A stretch of DNA of 28,172 bases from an uncultured Gemmataceae bacterium (GTDB lineage: Bacteria > Planctomycetota > Planctomycetia > Gemmatales > Gemmataceae): assembly GCA_937949245.1 (NCBI GenBank), contig CALEEC010000416.1, forward strand, positions 1 through 28,172, in the 5' to 3' direction. Numbering within the stretch: position 1 is the stretch's first letter; each line of letters begins with the position of its first letter. This document shows positions 16,734 to 25,564 of the stretch, piece by piece. The notes under the pieces were generated by a model, which saw only the letters and a program-made list of their open reading frames with translations, searched no databases and had not been told where the DNA came from. A program made the position numbers and the translations under genes.

Positions 16734-19700
16734 TCAAGGACCATCTTCCTTAGCGGGAAGGCGAACGGGACGCTCGTTGGTGGATGTCAAAGGGACGAAT
16801 CGCTGTTCCAGTTCCATCAGAAAGAGATTCAATCGACTTGGAGAACCTTCGTTGTCGACTAAGGTTAACGGACGCCGGCGCAGAGCAGACACGAGAGTTT
16901 CCCAATAAAGACGAGAATCCAGCAGTTGACGATGGATACGCAGACGAGATTCCCGTTGTTGGGCATATTCGGCTAACACCCATTCCCACGGGACACCATG
17001 GGCGAAGGCCTCCACGGCATGGGCTTGAAGTTCTTGTTCGATGGTCGAAGGTAGTTGGGTGCGGGCGCGATACCAACTTTGAAAGACCTGCCAAGTGGCT
17101 TGAGCCTGCCGGATTTTTTCTTCCGCGTCCGATTCGGCCAGACGGATCGAACGATTGGCTTGGGCCTGCGCCTCGCGTTTACGACTCAGTGCGCGCGTCT
17201 CGGCTTCGTTGATTTGCCGTTGCGCTTCTTCGGAGGCTTTGGCGACCTCGTGATAGGCCGGGACCACGGCCAACGGTGGATGCAGGTCATGAATCGCCAA
17301 ACCGGTTAAGCGGATGCCGATGCCTTGGGGAGACACACGCTGAATCCGTTGATCGATGCGTGCCAAGGCTTGGCGTTGGAAATCTTCGCGTTCCGTGGTC
17401 AGCACCTGCGTAAAAGGGCGTCCGGCGATCCATTCGCGAACCACGGATTCGGTGGCCCAACGCAACAGTTCTTCGGGTTGACGCACCGTGAACAGATAAC
17501 TGCGCGGGTCGCTGATCTGGTAATGCACGCTCACCAACACTTCCACCAGGTAATCATCTCCGGTGAGCATGCTAGACTCGTCGGGAATCGGACGGATGCC
17601 TTCGGCGTGGGGATTGCTCCAAATCGGAGCGTCACTAACCACGACTCGGCGAACTTGCTTCTCTTGGGCAAGTCCAATCACTCCTTGGGAAGAGCGTGTC
17701 CGATCTTGTTGGGGCAGCGAGCGGAACCCCACCTCGATCATCTGCACGCGATCGGGTTGCAGTCGCGTTACGTTTTCAATCGGCCAAGGCCAGCGTAGCC
17801 ATAAGCCAGGCGTCAAATCGGTCGCGAGCGGACGACCGAAGCGTTGAACAATGCCAACTTCGTCTGGTCCGATGCGAACCAAGCAGGTCGCGGCCCATGC
17901 TATGCTCGCAAGTATCAGCAAGAACGCAAGTATCTCGCGCCACTGATGTGACAATTCGTGCAGCAGATCGTCCAACTGCCACTGATCCAACACGCGATCG
18001 AGTTTGGCCACTAGCGAACGCAAGGACTGGCCCCAAGGATGCTCGCGCAGGCGATCAAACATCAGCAACCGCATCGAGTTGAGCAAAACGGCCAATGAGC
18101 CGGCTTGGTGATACAACACTCCTACCAAGGGGGCTTTTTCGTACCAATCGGGCGAACTGGCGAATAATGGCCAAAGCCAGCCGGTGAGGGCCACTCCGAT
18201 AAAATTGACGGCGAAAGCAAAAATCAGGATGTTTTGCTGAATGATCCGAACCGTCTCTCGGGAAAGGCGAACGAGCAATGGCAGCGGACGTAAGGCCTCG
18301 CCCATCAATACGATATCGCCGGCTTCCGCGGCAATGTCCGTCCCTTTAGCACCGATAGCAATGCCGACACTCGCTCGAGCTAGGGCAGGGGCGTCGTTCA
18401 CGCCGTCACCAACCATAGCGACACCGTGAGGCGAGCGTGGCCCGTTGAGCTTTTCCCAGAGGGTGAGGGTGGGGGTCGCCGGCGCGACTTGGGGAGGAGT
18501 ACGAAGCGTTTGTTCAAGCTGTTCGATGTACTCCAGTTTTTGCTGGGGCAACAACTCGGCACGGACTTCGGTCAAGGGCACCTGACGAGCAAGGGCATCG
18601 GCGACCGGTTGTCGATCGCCCGTCAGCAGCACCAGGGGAACGATGCCTAGTTCGCGTAGTTCGGCCAATACGCCGGCCGCTTCGGGGCGGACCCGATCGC
18701 GGGCACCAAGCAGCCCCAACAGCGTGGTTCCACGTGCTACCCCCAGCGAAGTCAGGCCGTCCTGATCGAGGCGTGCTAGCAGTTGCGTGGCCTGTTCGTT
18801 CCACTCGACCCCTTGTTCGAGTAGGAATCGGCGATTGCCGACGTGGAGGATCGAGCCGTCGATGCGTCCCTGGACTCCCCCCCCGGGATGAGCAACAAAG
18901 TCCTCCACGGCCGGTAGAGCCAATCCGCGTTCCTGGGCCGAGCGAACGATCAGTTGGGCCAGCGGATGCTCACTCTTGGCTTCAACAGCCGCGGCGAGAG
19001 TGAGAAGTTCCTGTTCCGAGATGCCCGGCAACGGCAGCAACTCGCCGAGTTCTAATTCGCCCTCGGTGAGGGTGCCGGTTTTATCAAAAGCGATGGCTCG
19101 CACCTGGGCCAAACGTTCGAGTGCGGCTCCACTTTTGATCAGGACTCCGGTTCCCGCGAGACGTCCCAAAGCGGCAATGATTGCCGCGGGAGTGGCCAGA
19201 ATCAAAGCACACGGACATGCAACCACCAAGACGGCCAAAGTCGGATAGGTGCTGACACTGACAGCTGCCTTCCAGGTGGGCTTGGAACCATCGGGGCGAG
19301 TCGAACGCAATTGATGATAAACGCAGTTGCCGACGAAGGTCAGAGCCGCCAGGGCGAGGACAACAGGCAGAAACCACCGGGCCAATCGGTCGGCATGACG
19401 TTCGATGGGGGATTTTGCTTGTAGCGCCTTGGCGGTCAAGTCAATCACCTGGCCGGCAACGGTTTGCTTAGCCACTTTCTGAGCCTCGATGGTGAGGGTG
19501 CCGAACTGATTGACCGAGCCGGCCAAGACCAAGTCGCCGGGTTTTTTGTCTTGGGGGAAACTTTCTCCGGTCAAGGCACTGGTGTCGACGGTCGATTGAC
19601 CTTCCAGAACGACGCCATCGGCAGGGATTTTTCCCCCCGGTTTGACTACGATCCGATCCCCCACTTGCAGTTCTTGAGTGAAAATCCGCTGTTCTTGCCC

Positions 19701-20150
19701 ATCGCGGAGTATCCAACAACGGATCGGAAATAGTTCGGATAGTTTTCGCAAGGCGTTCTGTGTGCGGGCAAAGGTAAACGCTTCCAAGCATTCACCGACC
19801 AAGCCGATGAAAACGACCTCCGCAGCGACGAGAGGTTCGCCGATGAGAATCGCGGCAATGCAGGCGATGGCGAGCGCAAGATCGGCTCCCAGTCGGCCCT
19901 CGAATAAGGACTCCAACGAGGTGTAAAGAATGCGTGCCCCGCCGAACACGGCAGCGATCATGGCGTAGCGATAGCCGAACAGTTCGCGGTTCCAACTTGG
20001 GAGCGACCATCCTTGCGTCTGCAACCACGATTGAACGATCGGCCATAAATCGAAACCGAGCAACACCCCGATCAATCCTGTCAACGAATACAAAGACAGA
20101 TTGCGCGGAGGATCAAAAACTTGCTCGGTATGTGTAATCTCACGGTGCAT
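16734..20150 (-). CDS. P1B-type heavy-metal-translocating P-type ATPase (no N-terminal metal-binding domain) fused in-frame to a C-terminal HflK-like SPFH/band-7 domain with coiled coil (1138 aa)
   Basis: Residues ~1-697 (nt ~18060-20150) are the ATPase core. It carries TGES (actuator), the CPC motif in ACPCALILATP, DKTGTLT phosphorylation site, the SEHP (HP) motif and GDGVNDAPAL, then …HQAGSLAVLLNSMRLL at the end of TM8. A linker follows. Residues ~740-757 form a TM helix (ILAFLLILASIAWAATCLV). Residues ~758-1138 (nt 16734-~17930) are an SPFH domain (…IGPDEVGIVQRFGRPLATDLTPGLWLRWPWPIENVTRL…) plus an HflK-style Glu/Arg/Ala coiled coil. No stop codon or frame change separates the parts. Confidence 0.8.
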   Translation of the reverse strand: MHREITHTEQVFDPPRNLSLYSLTGLIGVLLGFDLWPIVQSWLQTQGWSLPSWNRELFGYRYAMIAAVFGGARILYTSLESLFEGRLGADLALAIACIAAILIGEPLVAAEVVFIGLVGECLEAFTFARTQNALRKLSELFPIRCWILRDGQEQRIFTQELQVGDRIVVKPGGKIPADGVVLEGQSTVDTSALTGESFPQDKKPGDLVLAGSVNQFGTLTIEAQKVAKQTVAGQVIDLTAKALQAKSPIERHADRLARWFLPVVLALAALTFVGNCVYHQLRSTRPDGSKPTWKAAVSVSTYPTLAVLVVACPCALILATPAAIIAALGRLAGTGVLIKSGAALERLAQVRAIAFDKTGTLTEGELELGELLPLPGISEQELLTLAAAVEAKSEHPLAQLIVRSAQERGLALPAVEDFVAHPGGGVQGRIDGSILHVGNRRFLLEQGVEWNEQATQLLARLDQDGLTSLGVARGTTLLGLLGARDRVRPEAAGVLAELRELGIVPLVLLTGDRQPVADALARQVPLTEVRAELLPQQKLEYIEQLEQTLRTPPQVAPATPTLTLWEKLNGPRSPHGVAMVGDGVNDAPALARASVGIAIGAKGTDIAAEAGDIVLMGEALRPLPLLVRLSRETVRIIQQNILIFAFAVNFIGVALTGWLWPLFASSPDWYEKAPLVGVLYHQAGSLAVLLNSMRLLMFDRLREHPWGQSLRSLVAKLDRVLDQWQLDDLLHELSHQWREILAFLLILASIAWAATCLVRIGPDEVGIVQRFGRPLATDLTPGLWLRWPWPIENVTRLQPDRVQMIEVGFRSLPQQDRTRSSQGVIGLAQEKQVRRVVVSDAPIWSNPHAEGIRPIPDESSMLTGDDYLVEVLVSVHYQISDPRSYLFTVRQPEELLRWATESVVREWIAGRPFTQVLTTEREDFQRQALARIDQRIQRVSPQGIGIRLTGLAIHDLHPPLAVVPAYHEVAKASEEAQRQINEAETRALSRKREAQAQANRSIRLAESDAEEKIRQAQATWQVFQSWYRARTQLPSTIEQELQAHAVEAFAHGVPWEWVLAEYAQQRESRLRIHRQLLDSRLYWETLVSALRRRPLTLVDNEGSPSRLNLFLMELEQRFVPLTSTNERPVRLPAKEDGP

Positions 20151-20737
20151 CGGCGTATTGGATTCGGACTATTTCAGAGAAGGTCGGGTGATCAACCGAC
20201 AAGATGCAGATGCATTTTGATCAGAATAGAAAGAAAAGCTAGTTGCCGCAAGAGTTTCGTGATCGAGAACTGGACCGCTTCGAGAAAAGACGGTGTCGAA
20301 TCTGGGGCTGCAATGGCACAAAAGTGGTTGTGGAGTCGTTTCGCAAAATCCTGCAAGGGGTGTTGCGAAACCGAACAATTGGGGATTGCGACATTTCTAA
20401 TTGCGGAGGCGAGGGCAGGCAAAGAAATTCCCTGAGATAGCTTAAGTTCTTACTAATAGAAGGTTTGCAATCTGGCCAGTCGTGAAATGGGAGGAAAATG
20501 TTCTCATTGGTACAGCATATGCGGGTCAGGAGTTTGAGTGCTGGGTGCGAGTCCCGGAACTCAACTTCAACTGGTTGGCGAGTACCAGTTGTCCTGTGAG
20601 ATGAACAACCATCCCACCTAACCTGTTCCCCCCACCTCCTAGGGGCACGAGTCTCCGTGGGTTTGCGAGTCTCTGCGGAAAACGGCTCGTGTCCCCCACT
20701 TCTTTGTTATCACCAATGCTCCATGCTTTTACAGGTC

Positions 20738-20775
20738 TAGCTAGAAAGAAAACTGAGGAAGATGATCTTCCTCAG
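20738..20775 (-). terminator. Rho-independent terminator of the rplM-rpsI operon
   Basis: Perfect palindrome CTGAGGAAGA-TGA-TCTTCCTCAG (20753-20775). On the minus-strand transcript it is followed by UUUUCUUUCUAG (complement of 20741-20752). It lies 33 nt after the rpsI stop. Confidence 0.75.
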
Positions 20776-20807
20776 CGATCGATAAAAGCAGGGGGGCTTG
20801 GAAACAA

Positions 20808-21305
20808 TTAGCGCTTCGAGAATTGGAACGATTTACGAGCGCCTTTGCGGCCGTACTTCTTGCGTTCCTTCATCCGGCTATCCCGGGTGAGGAAACCGGA
20901 GTCGCGGAGTTTTTTGCCCAAGCTGGTTTCGCTAGGAGCGGATGCCTCGGGAGCAGGCGTGCCTTCTGTGGTAGCTAAGACCGGCGTGGTGACAGGTTTG
21001 GGAGCTGGAGGCGTGTCCGGCTCGAACATGGCTTTGATCGCCCGAGCGATCCCTTGGCTGGTGGCACCGGCTTGGCCACTTGGTCCCCCCCCGCGGACGT
21101 TCACCCAAATATCCAAGCGGTTTTGCAGATCGGTGATCTCCAAAGGACCGTAAATCGCGGCGCGGTCCTTTTCTTCGGTGAAGTAATCGCGCAACGGACG
21201 GCCGTTGATCAGGATTTGTCCTTTGCCTTCAGCAATGCGGACACGAGCGACAGCCGTCTTGCGACGACCGGTGCCGAAGGTGTAGCTTTTCTTCGTTTTC
21301 GCCAT
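20808..21305 (-). CDS. rpsI: 30S ribosomal protein S9 with an internal Pro/Ala-rich low-complexity insertion
   Basis: …GTGRRKTAVARVRI…, …GGGPSGQAGA…, C-terminal …GFLTRDSRMKERKKYGRKGARKSFQFSKR are canonical S9 motifs. A ~35-aa insertion (EPDTPPAPKPVTTPVLATTEGTPAPEASAPSE) precedes the C-terminal block. Confidence 0.9.
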   Translation of the reverse strand: MAKTKKSYTFGTGRRKTAVARVRIAEGKGQILINGRPLRDYFTEEKDRAAIYGPLEITDLQNRLDIWVNVRGGGPSGQAGATSQGIARAIKAMFEPDTPPAPKPVTTPVLATTEGTPAPEASAPSETSLGKKLRDSGFLTRDSRMKERKKYGRKGARKSFQFSKR

Positions 21306-21343
21306 GCGTTCCGACCCTATTCCGAGTATGCGAAGAACTAGTT

Positions 21344-21784
21344 TTAGGCTTCATGAGAAAGTTGGAAGGCCTTCGGTTGCTGACCTTGATGCGGATGCTG
21401 CGGACCAGCGTAAATTTTGAGTTTTCCCATCTGATAGCGGCCCAGGCGATTGCGCGGGATCATCCGCTTGACTGCTAGCCGCAGGATTTCTTCGGGTTTT
21501 TTGGCCAGCATTTCTTGAGCAGGGATGATCTTTTGACCGCCTGCATAATGTGAGTACGTTTGATACGACTTTTGTTCCCACTTTTTGCCGGTGAACTTCA
21601 CTTTCTCAGCATTGACAACGATGACGTAAGTCCCGGTGTCACAGTGGGGGGTGTAGTCTGGACGATGTTTCCCACGCAAGAGATTCGCGATCTTAACTGC
21701 CAACCGCCCTACAACGGCATCGGTAGCGTCGATGACGTACCACTCGGGCTGGACGGTCTGTTTCTTGGCCATGAATGTGGACAT
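21344..21784 (-). CDS. rplM: 50S ribosomal protein L13
   Basis: MSTFMAKKQTVQPEWYVIDATDAVVGRLAVKIANLLRGKHRP… aligns with the L13 N-terminus (MKTF.AKPETV..DWYVVDA…GRLA…LRGKH). 146 aa. The track's 227-aa version (to 22027) runs through the promoter and tRNA and is an artefact. Confidence 0.9.
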   Translation of the reverse strand: MSTFMAKKQTVQPEWYVIDATDAVVGRLAVKIANLLRGKHRPDYTPHCDTGTYVIVVNAEKVKFTGKKWEQKSYQTYSHYAGGQKIIPAQEMLAKKPEEILRLAVKRMIPRNRLGRYQMGKLKIYAGPQHPHQGQQPKAFQLSHEA

Positions 21785-21925
21785 AATCATCCGATCCCGC
21801 AAAACTGACTCGAGTAAAAACCTTATCTTAGAGTCTCTCTTCCCATCGTCAAGACCGGTATGGAAAAAGCCGATGTAACTGCTGCTGACTTCCGCAAAGT
21901 TATCGTTCTCGATTCCTAGACGCGG

Positions 21926-21954
21926 TTGACAGCCAAACTCAAAATCGGTAAAGT
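21926..21954 (+). promoter_or_regulatory. Sigma70-type promoter for tRNA-Cys
   Basis: TTGACA (21926-21931), 17-nt spacer, TAAAGT (21949-21954). The predicted TSS is ~10 nt before the tRNA 5' end. Confidence 0.55.
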
Positions 21955-21970
21955 CATTTCTAACCAAAAT

Positions 21971-22042
21971 GGCTCCGTCGCCAAGTGGTAAGGCAACGGT
22001 TTGCAAAACCGTCATTCCCCGGTTCAAATCCGGGCGGAGCCT
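21971..22042 (+). tRNA. tRNA-Cys (anticodon GCA)
   Basis: Acceptor stem GGCTCCG/CGGAGCC. D-arm with AGTGGTAA. Anticodon stem ACGGT/ACCGT with loop TTGCAAA, anticodon GCA. T-arm CCGGTTCAAATCCGG. Discriminator T. CCA not encoded. Confidence 0.85.
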
Positions 22043-22227
22043 CCTTCATTACAAATACGTTTGCAGTAATCCCTCCCCATGTTTGCATTCATTTTTATTT
22101 TACTCCCATCCATAGGAAAAATCTCGTCGAAAAGAGCGTGATTCTCTCCTATAAAAGGGGTATACTCGAATTTGCCCACGAATTGCCGCAAATTTTGCCC
22201 ACCTGTTTCCTGCACTTTTGATCGGGG

Positions 22228-25200
22228 ATGGCCATGCTACGAAGGAATGTTGGTTGGGCTGGGGGAGTGCTCGCAGGGTTGCTCCTTTTCCAGACGTTGG
22301 CTAAAGCCGGATCTCCTGAAGGCATTGAATTCTTTGAAAAGAAAATTCGCCCTTTGCTGAGCGAGCATTGTCAGAAGTGCCACGGTGTCGAGAAACAGAA
22401 AGGCGGGCTTCGTCTGGACAGCAAAGCCGCTCTGGCCAAGGGAGGCGACACCGGTCCTGTGGTGGTAGCTGGCCAACCGGACAAGAGTTTGCTGATTCGC
22501 GCGGTTCGTTGGCAAGATGACCTTCGCATGCCGCCCCGCAGTAAGCTCCCGGAGTCGTTGATCGCGGATTTGACTGCTTGGGTCCGCATGGGGGCTCCTT
22601 GGCCAGAAGAGAAAGTGACGGCTGCCGCGGATGCAGAATTTCCTCTCGAGGAACGCAAGAAATTCTGGTGTTGGCAACCGATTCGTGTGCCACAGGTGCC
22701 CGCATCACCTCCGTCCGACTGGCCCATCTCACCGATCGACCGATTCATTCTTGCGAAACTTGCCGAGAAAAATCTGTCTCCCGCTCCGAGTGCAGATCGC
22801 TTGACCTTGCTGCGTCGCGTCTACTTCGATCTGATCGGACTACCGCCAACGCTCGAGGAAATCGAGGCTTTTTTGAACGATTCTTCGCCGAATCCGTTGG
22901 CCAAGGTCGTCGATCAGTTGCTGGAACGTCCGCAATTCGGCGAACGCTGGGCACGTCACTGGCTCGACTTGGTCCGCTTTGCCGAAACACGTGGGCACGA
23001 GTTTGACTATCCGATTCCCAATCCGCATCACTACCGCGATTACGTCATTCGCGCTCTGAATGCCGATGTTCCCTACGATCAGTTCGTTCGCGAACACATT
23101 GCTGGCGATCTGCTGCCGAAGCCTCGGCTGAATCCCCATGACGGATGCAACGAATCGATCCTCGGGACAGGCTTTTTCTTCTTAGGCGAAGAGGTGCATT
23201 CGCCGGTCGACATTCGCCAAGACCAAGCCGACCGCTTCGACAATCGTATCGATGTGCTAACGAAAACCTTCCTGGGGTTGACTGTCAGTTGCGCTCGTTG
23301 TCACGACCACAAGTTCGACGCGATCTCCACGCGCGATTATTACAGCTTGTTCGGCTTTCTCGAAAGCAGCGGCTATCGGTTGGCGCGAATCGACACCCTG
23401 GAGCATCATCGGCAAGTAGCGACGGCACTAGCGCAGTGGCGTGCCCAGCGTCAAGGGGAATTCGGACGTACTATCGCGGCGGTGTACCGCCCTGCAGTGT
23501 CGCGCTTGGCAGAATATCTGCTTGCCGCTCGTGCGGTGCTTCATTCTCCTATGTCGGCTGCCGAGGTAGCCAAGCAACGGAACCTCGATCCGCTACGGTT
23601 GGGGCGTTGGCTTGCCGAATTGCAGACGGCCCAGCGGGACGAACGCCATCCTTTGCATCCACTGGCGATTAAGGAAGAGGGGGCGAAACTCGTGGAACGC
23701 TGGAAACAGCGTCGTGCGGCCGCCCAGCAGGCTTGGCCGACGCTGTCGGTCATCGCAGACTACAGCGATCCCAAGACTCCTTGGATGACGGATGAATTCA
23801 GCTATGGCTTGGGGCCAGTCCCCGTGGGATCGTTGAAGTGGTCTTCTACGGGCGAGACCCCGATCGTGGGGATTCACACGCGCGCAGCAGCCGTGTTTGA
23901 CCCGGCCTGGCACGTCCTCAAAGCGAAGCCGGGCGAGCAAATCGAAACCGGAGGGCTAGGAGCGTTCGATCGTTCAGGGAAAACTCTGCGCACCCCGAGT
24001 TTCACGCTCCAACCTGGGCGTGTGTACTACCTAGTTCGCGGCTCGGGGATGGCTTATGCCGCAGTCGGTCACCATGTGGTGATTCATGGCCCGCTGCATG
24101 GCCGACTGGTGCTTAGATTTCAAAGCCCCGATCGCTACACCTGGGTGGCTCATGATCTATCGCCTTATGTGGGGCAGACCACGCATATCGAATTTACGCC
24201 CAATCCAGGGGCCGAACTCAGCGTAGCGATGGTCGTTCAAGGACCGAATGCTCCGCCGACACCCGATGTGCCGATCGCAGGTTTCGACCAGTTTGCCCAA
24301 TTGGCTTCTGCGGAAGCCCAAGTTGCCGGTTTGCAGAAGCGATTGCTCCAACTTTTGGATCAGTGGAGCCAATCTGGTCTGGAAAGCGAAGAAAGCGCAG
24401 CGGTGCTAGCCGACTGGTTGATGCGCTCGCCGGAACTGTTCCTCGATGCTCCGGCACGTCAGCAATGGCACGAAACGCTAGCAGTGATCCGTGGTGAACA
24501 GCAGAAAATCCTCAGGCAAATTCGCCCTGAGTCGCGGCTGGCTCCGGCGATGTGGGATGGAACCGCAGTCGATGGCCGAGTGTTTATCCGGGGATCGCAT
24601 AAAGCACTCGGCGTACCTACGCCCCGCCGTTTCTTGGAAGCTCTCGTCGGGACGGAACCGATCCGTTCCCCGGGAAGCGGCCGGCTGGAATTAGCCCAAT
24701 TGATGACCGATCCGAAACGCAATCCATTGCTGGCACGCGTGCAGGTCAATCGGGTTTGGCACCATCTGTTCGGCCGAGGCTTGGTCGGTTCGGTCGACAA
24801 TTTCGGAGTATTAGGCGAAAAACCGACGCATCCGGAATTGTTGGACTATCTGGCGGATCAATTCATCCGCGATGGCTGGTCGCTGAAGCGGTTGATCCGT
24901 TCGCTGATCTTGACACGCACCTATCAGATGGCCAGCCGAATTGACCCAGCGACGGAGTCGCTCGATCCCGATAATCTGCTATGGCATCGGGCACGCATCC
25001 GCCGCTTGGAGGGGGAAGCGATCCGCGATGCGATGCTCGCGGTTTCGGGCCGATTACGCTCGACGATGTACGGTCCCTCGGTGCTGGTGCATCTGACCTC
25101 ATTCCAAGAGGGACGCGGTCGGCCGGCTAGCGGCCCGATCGACGGAGACGGTCGGCGAAGCATCTATTTGAGTGTGCGACGCAATTTCCTGTCGCCGTTT

Positions 25201-25533
25201 CTGTTGGCTTTCGATACACCGATCCCCTTTTCGACCGTGGGCCGACGCACGGTTTCCAATGTGCCCGCCCAGGCGCTGATTCTGATGAACGATCCGCTGG
25301 TGCATCAACTAGCACGGCTTTGGGCCGAGCGTGCTTTGAAAATTTCCGGGTCGGCCAAAAAGCGTATCGAGTGGATGTATCGTGTGGCTTACGCACGGGC
25401 TCCGCTGCCCGAAGAATTGGCCCAATGCGAAGCATTCGTCACCGAGGGAATGACCTCGCGGCCGCCGATCGATGTGTGGAGCGATCTGGCTCATGTGCTG
25501 TTCACCGCCAAAGAGTTTATCTACCTGAACTAA
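22228..25533 (+). CDS. PSCyt1/PSCyt2/PSD1 (DUF1549-DUF1553) domain protein with a planctomycete cytochrome-c-like N-terminus, secreted
   Basis: Signal peptide MAMLRRNVGWAGGVLAGLLLFQTLAKA. CQKCHG heme-binding-like motif in the N-terminal PSCyt1 region. …FLGLTVSCARCHDHKFDAIS… (DUF1549/PSCyt2). C-terminal DUF1553-like region. 1101 aa. Immediately followed by a DUF1501 gene. Confidence 0.85.
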   Translation: MAMLRRNVGWAGGVLAGLLLFQTLAKAGSPEGIEFFEKKIRPLLSEHCQKCHGVEKQKGGLRLDSKAALAKGGDTGPVVVAGQPDKSLLIRAVRWQDDLRMPPRSKLPESLIADLTAWVRMGAPWPEEKVTAAADAEFPLEERKKFWCWQPIRVPQVPASPPSDWPISPIDRFILAKLAEKNLSPAPSADRLTLLRRVYFDLIGLPPTLEEIEAFLNDSSPNPLAKVVDQLLERPQFGERWARHWLDLVRFAETRGHEFDYPIPNPHHYRDYVIRALNADVPYDQFVREHIAGDLLPKPRLNPHDGCNESILGTGFFFLGEEVHSPVDIRQDQADRFDNRIDVLTKTFLGLTVSCARCHDHKFDAISTRDYYSLFGFLESSGYRLARIDTLEHHRQVATALAQWRAQRQGEFGRTIAAVYRPAVSRLAEYLLAARAVLHSPMSAAEVAKQRNLDPLRLGRWLAELQTAQRDERHPLHPLAIKEEGAKLVERWKQRRAAAQQAWPTLSVIADYSDPKTPWMTDEFSYGLGPVPVGSLKWSSTGETPIVGIHTRAAAVFDPAWHVLKAKPGEQIETGGLGAFDRSGKTLRTPSFTLQPGRVYYLVRGSGMAYAAVGHHVVIHGPLHGRLVLRFQSPDRYTWVAHDLSPYVGQTTHIEFTPNPGAELSVAMVVQGPNAPPTPDVPIAGFDQFAQLASAEAQVAGLQKRLLQLLDQWSQSGLESEESAAVLADWLMRSPELFLDAPARQQWHETLAVIRGEQQKILRQIRPESRLAPAMWDGTAVDGRVFIRGSHKALGVPTPRRFLEALVGTEPIRSPGSGRLELAQLMTDPKRNPLLARVQVNRVWHHLFGRGLVGSVDNFGVLGEKPTHPELLDYLADQFIRDGWSLKRLIRSLILTRTYQMASRIDPATESLDPDNLLWHRARIRRLEGEAIRDAMLAVSGRLRSTMYGPSVLVHLTSFQEGRGRPASGPIDGDGRRSIYLSVRRNFLSPFLLAFDTPIPFSTVGRRTVSNVPAQALILMNDPLVHQLARLWAERALKISGSAKKRIEWMYRVAYARAPLPEELAQCEAFVTEGMTSRPPIDVWSDLAHVLFTAKEFIYLN

Positions 25534-25564
25534 CCAGTGCCTTCTGTAGGGTGGGGAAGATCTC

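Noticed and set aside
20121-20435. 104-aa plus-strand ORF and 69-76-aa minus-strand ORFs in the region upstream of the ATPase gene
   Set aside because: The translations are Cys/Arg-rich and low-complexity, and one overlaps the ATPase start. They are more likely noncoding regulatory DNA.
21344-22027. 227-aa version of the rplM ORF extending upstream through the tRNA-Cys promoter and into the tRNA
   Set aside because: L13 homology begins at MSTFMAKK (ATG 21784). The extension has no homology and overlaps a tRNA gene and its promoter.
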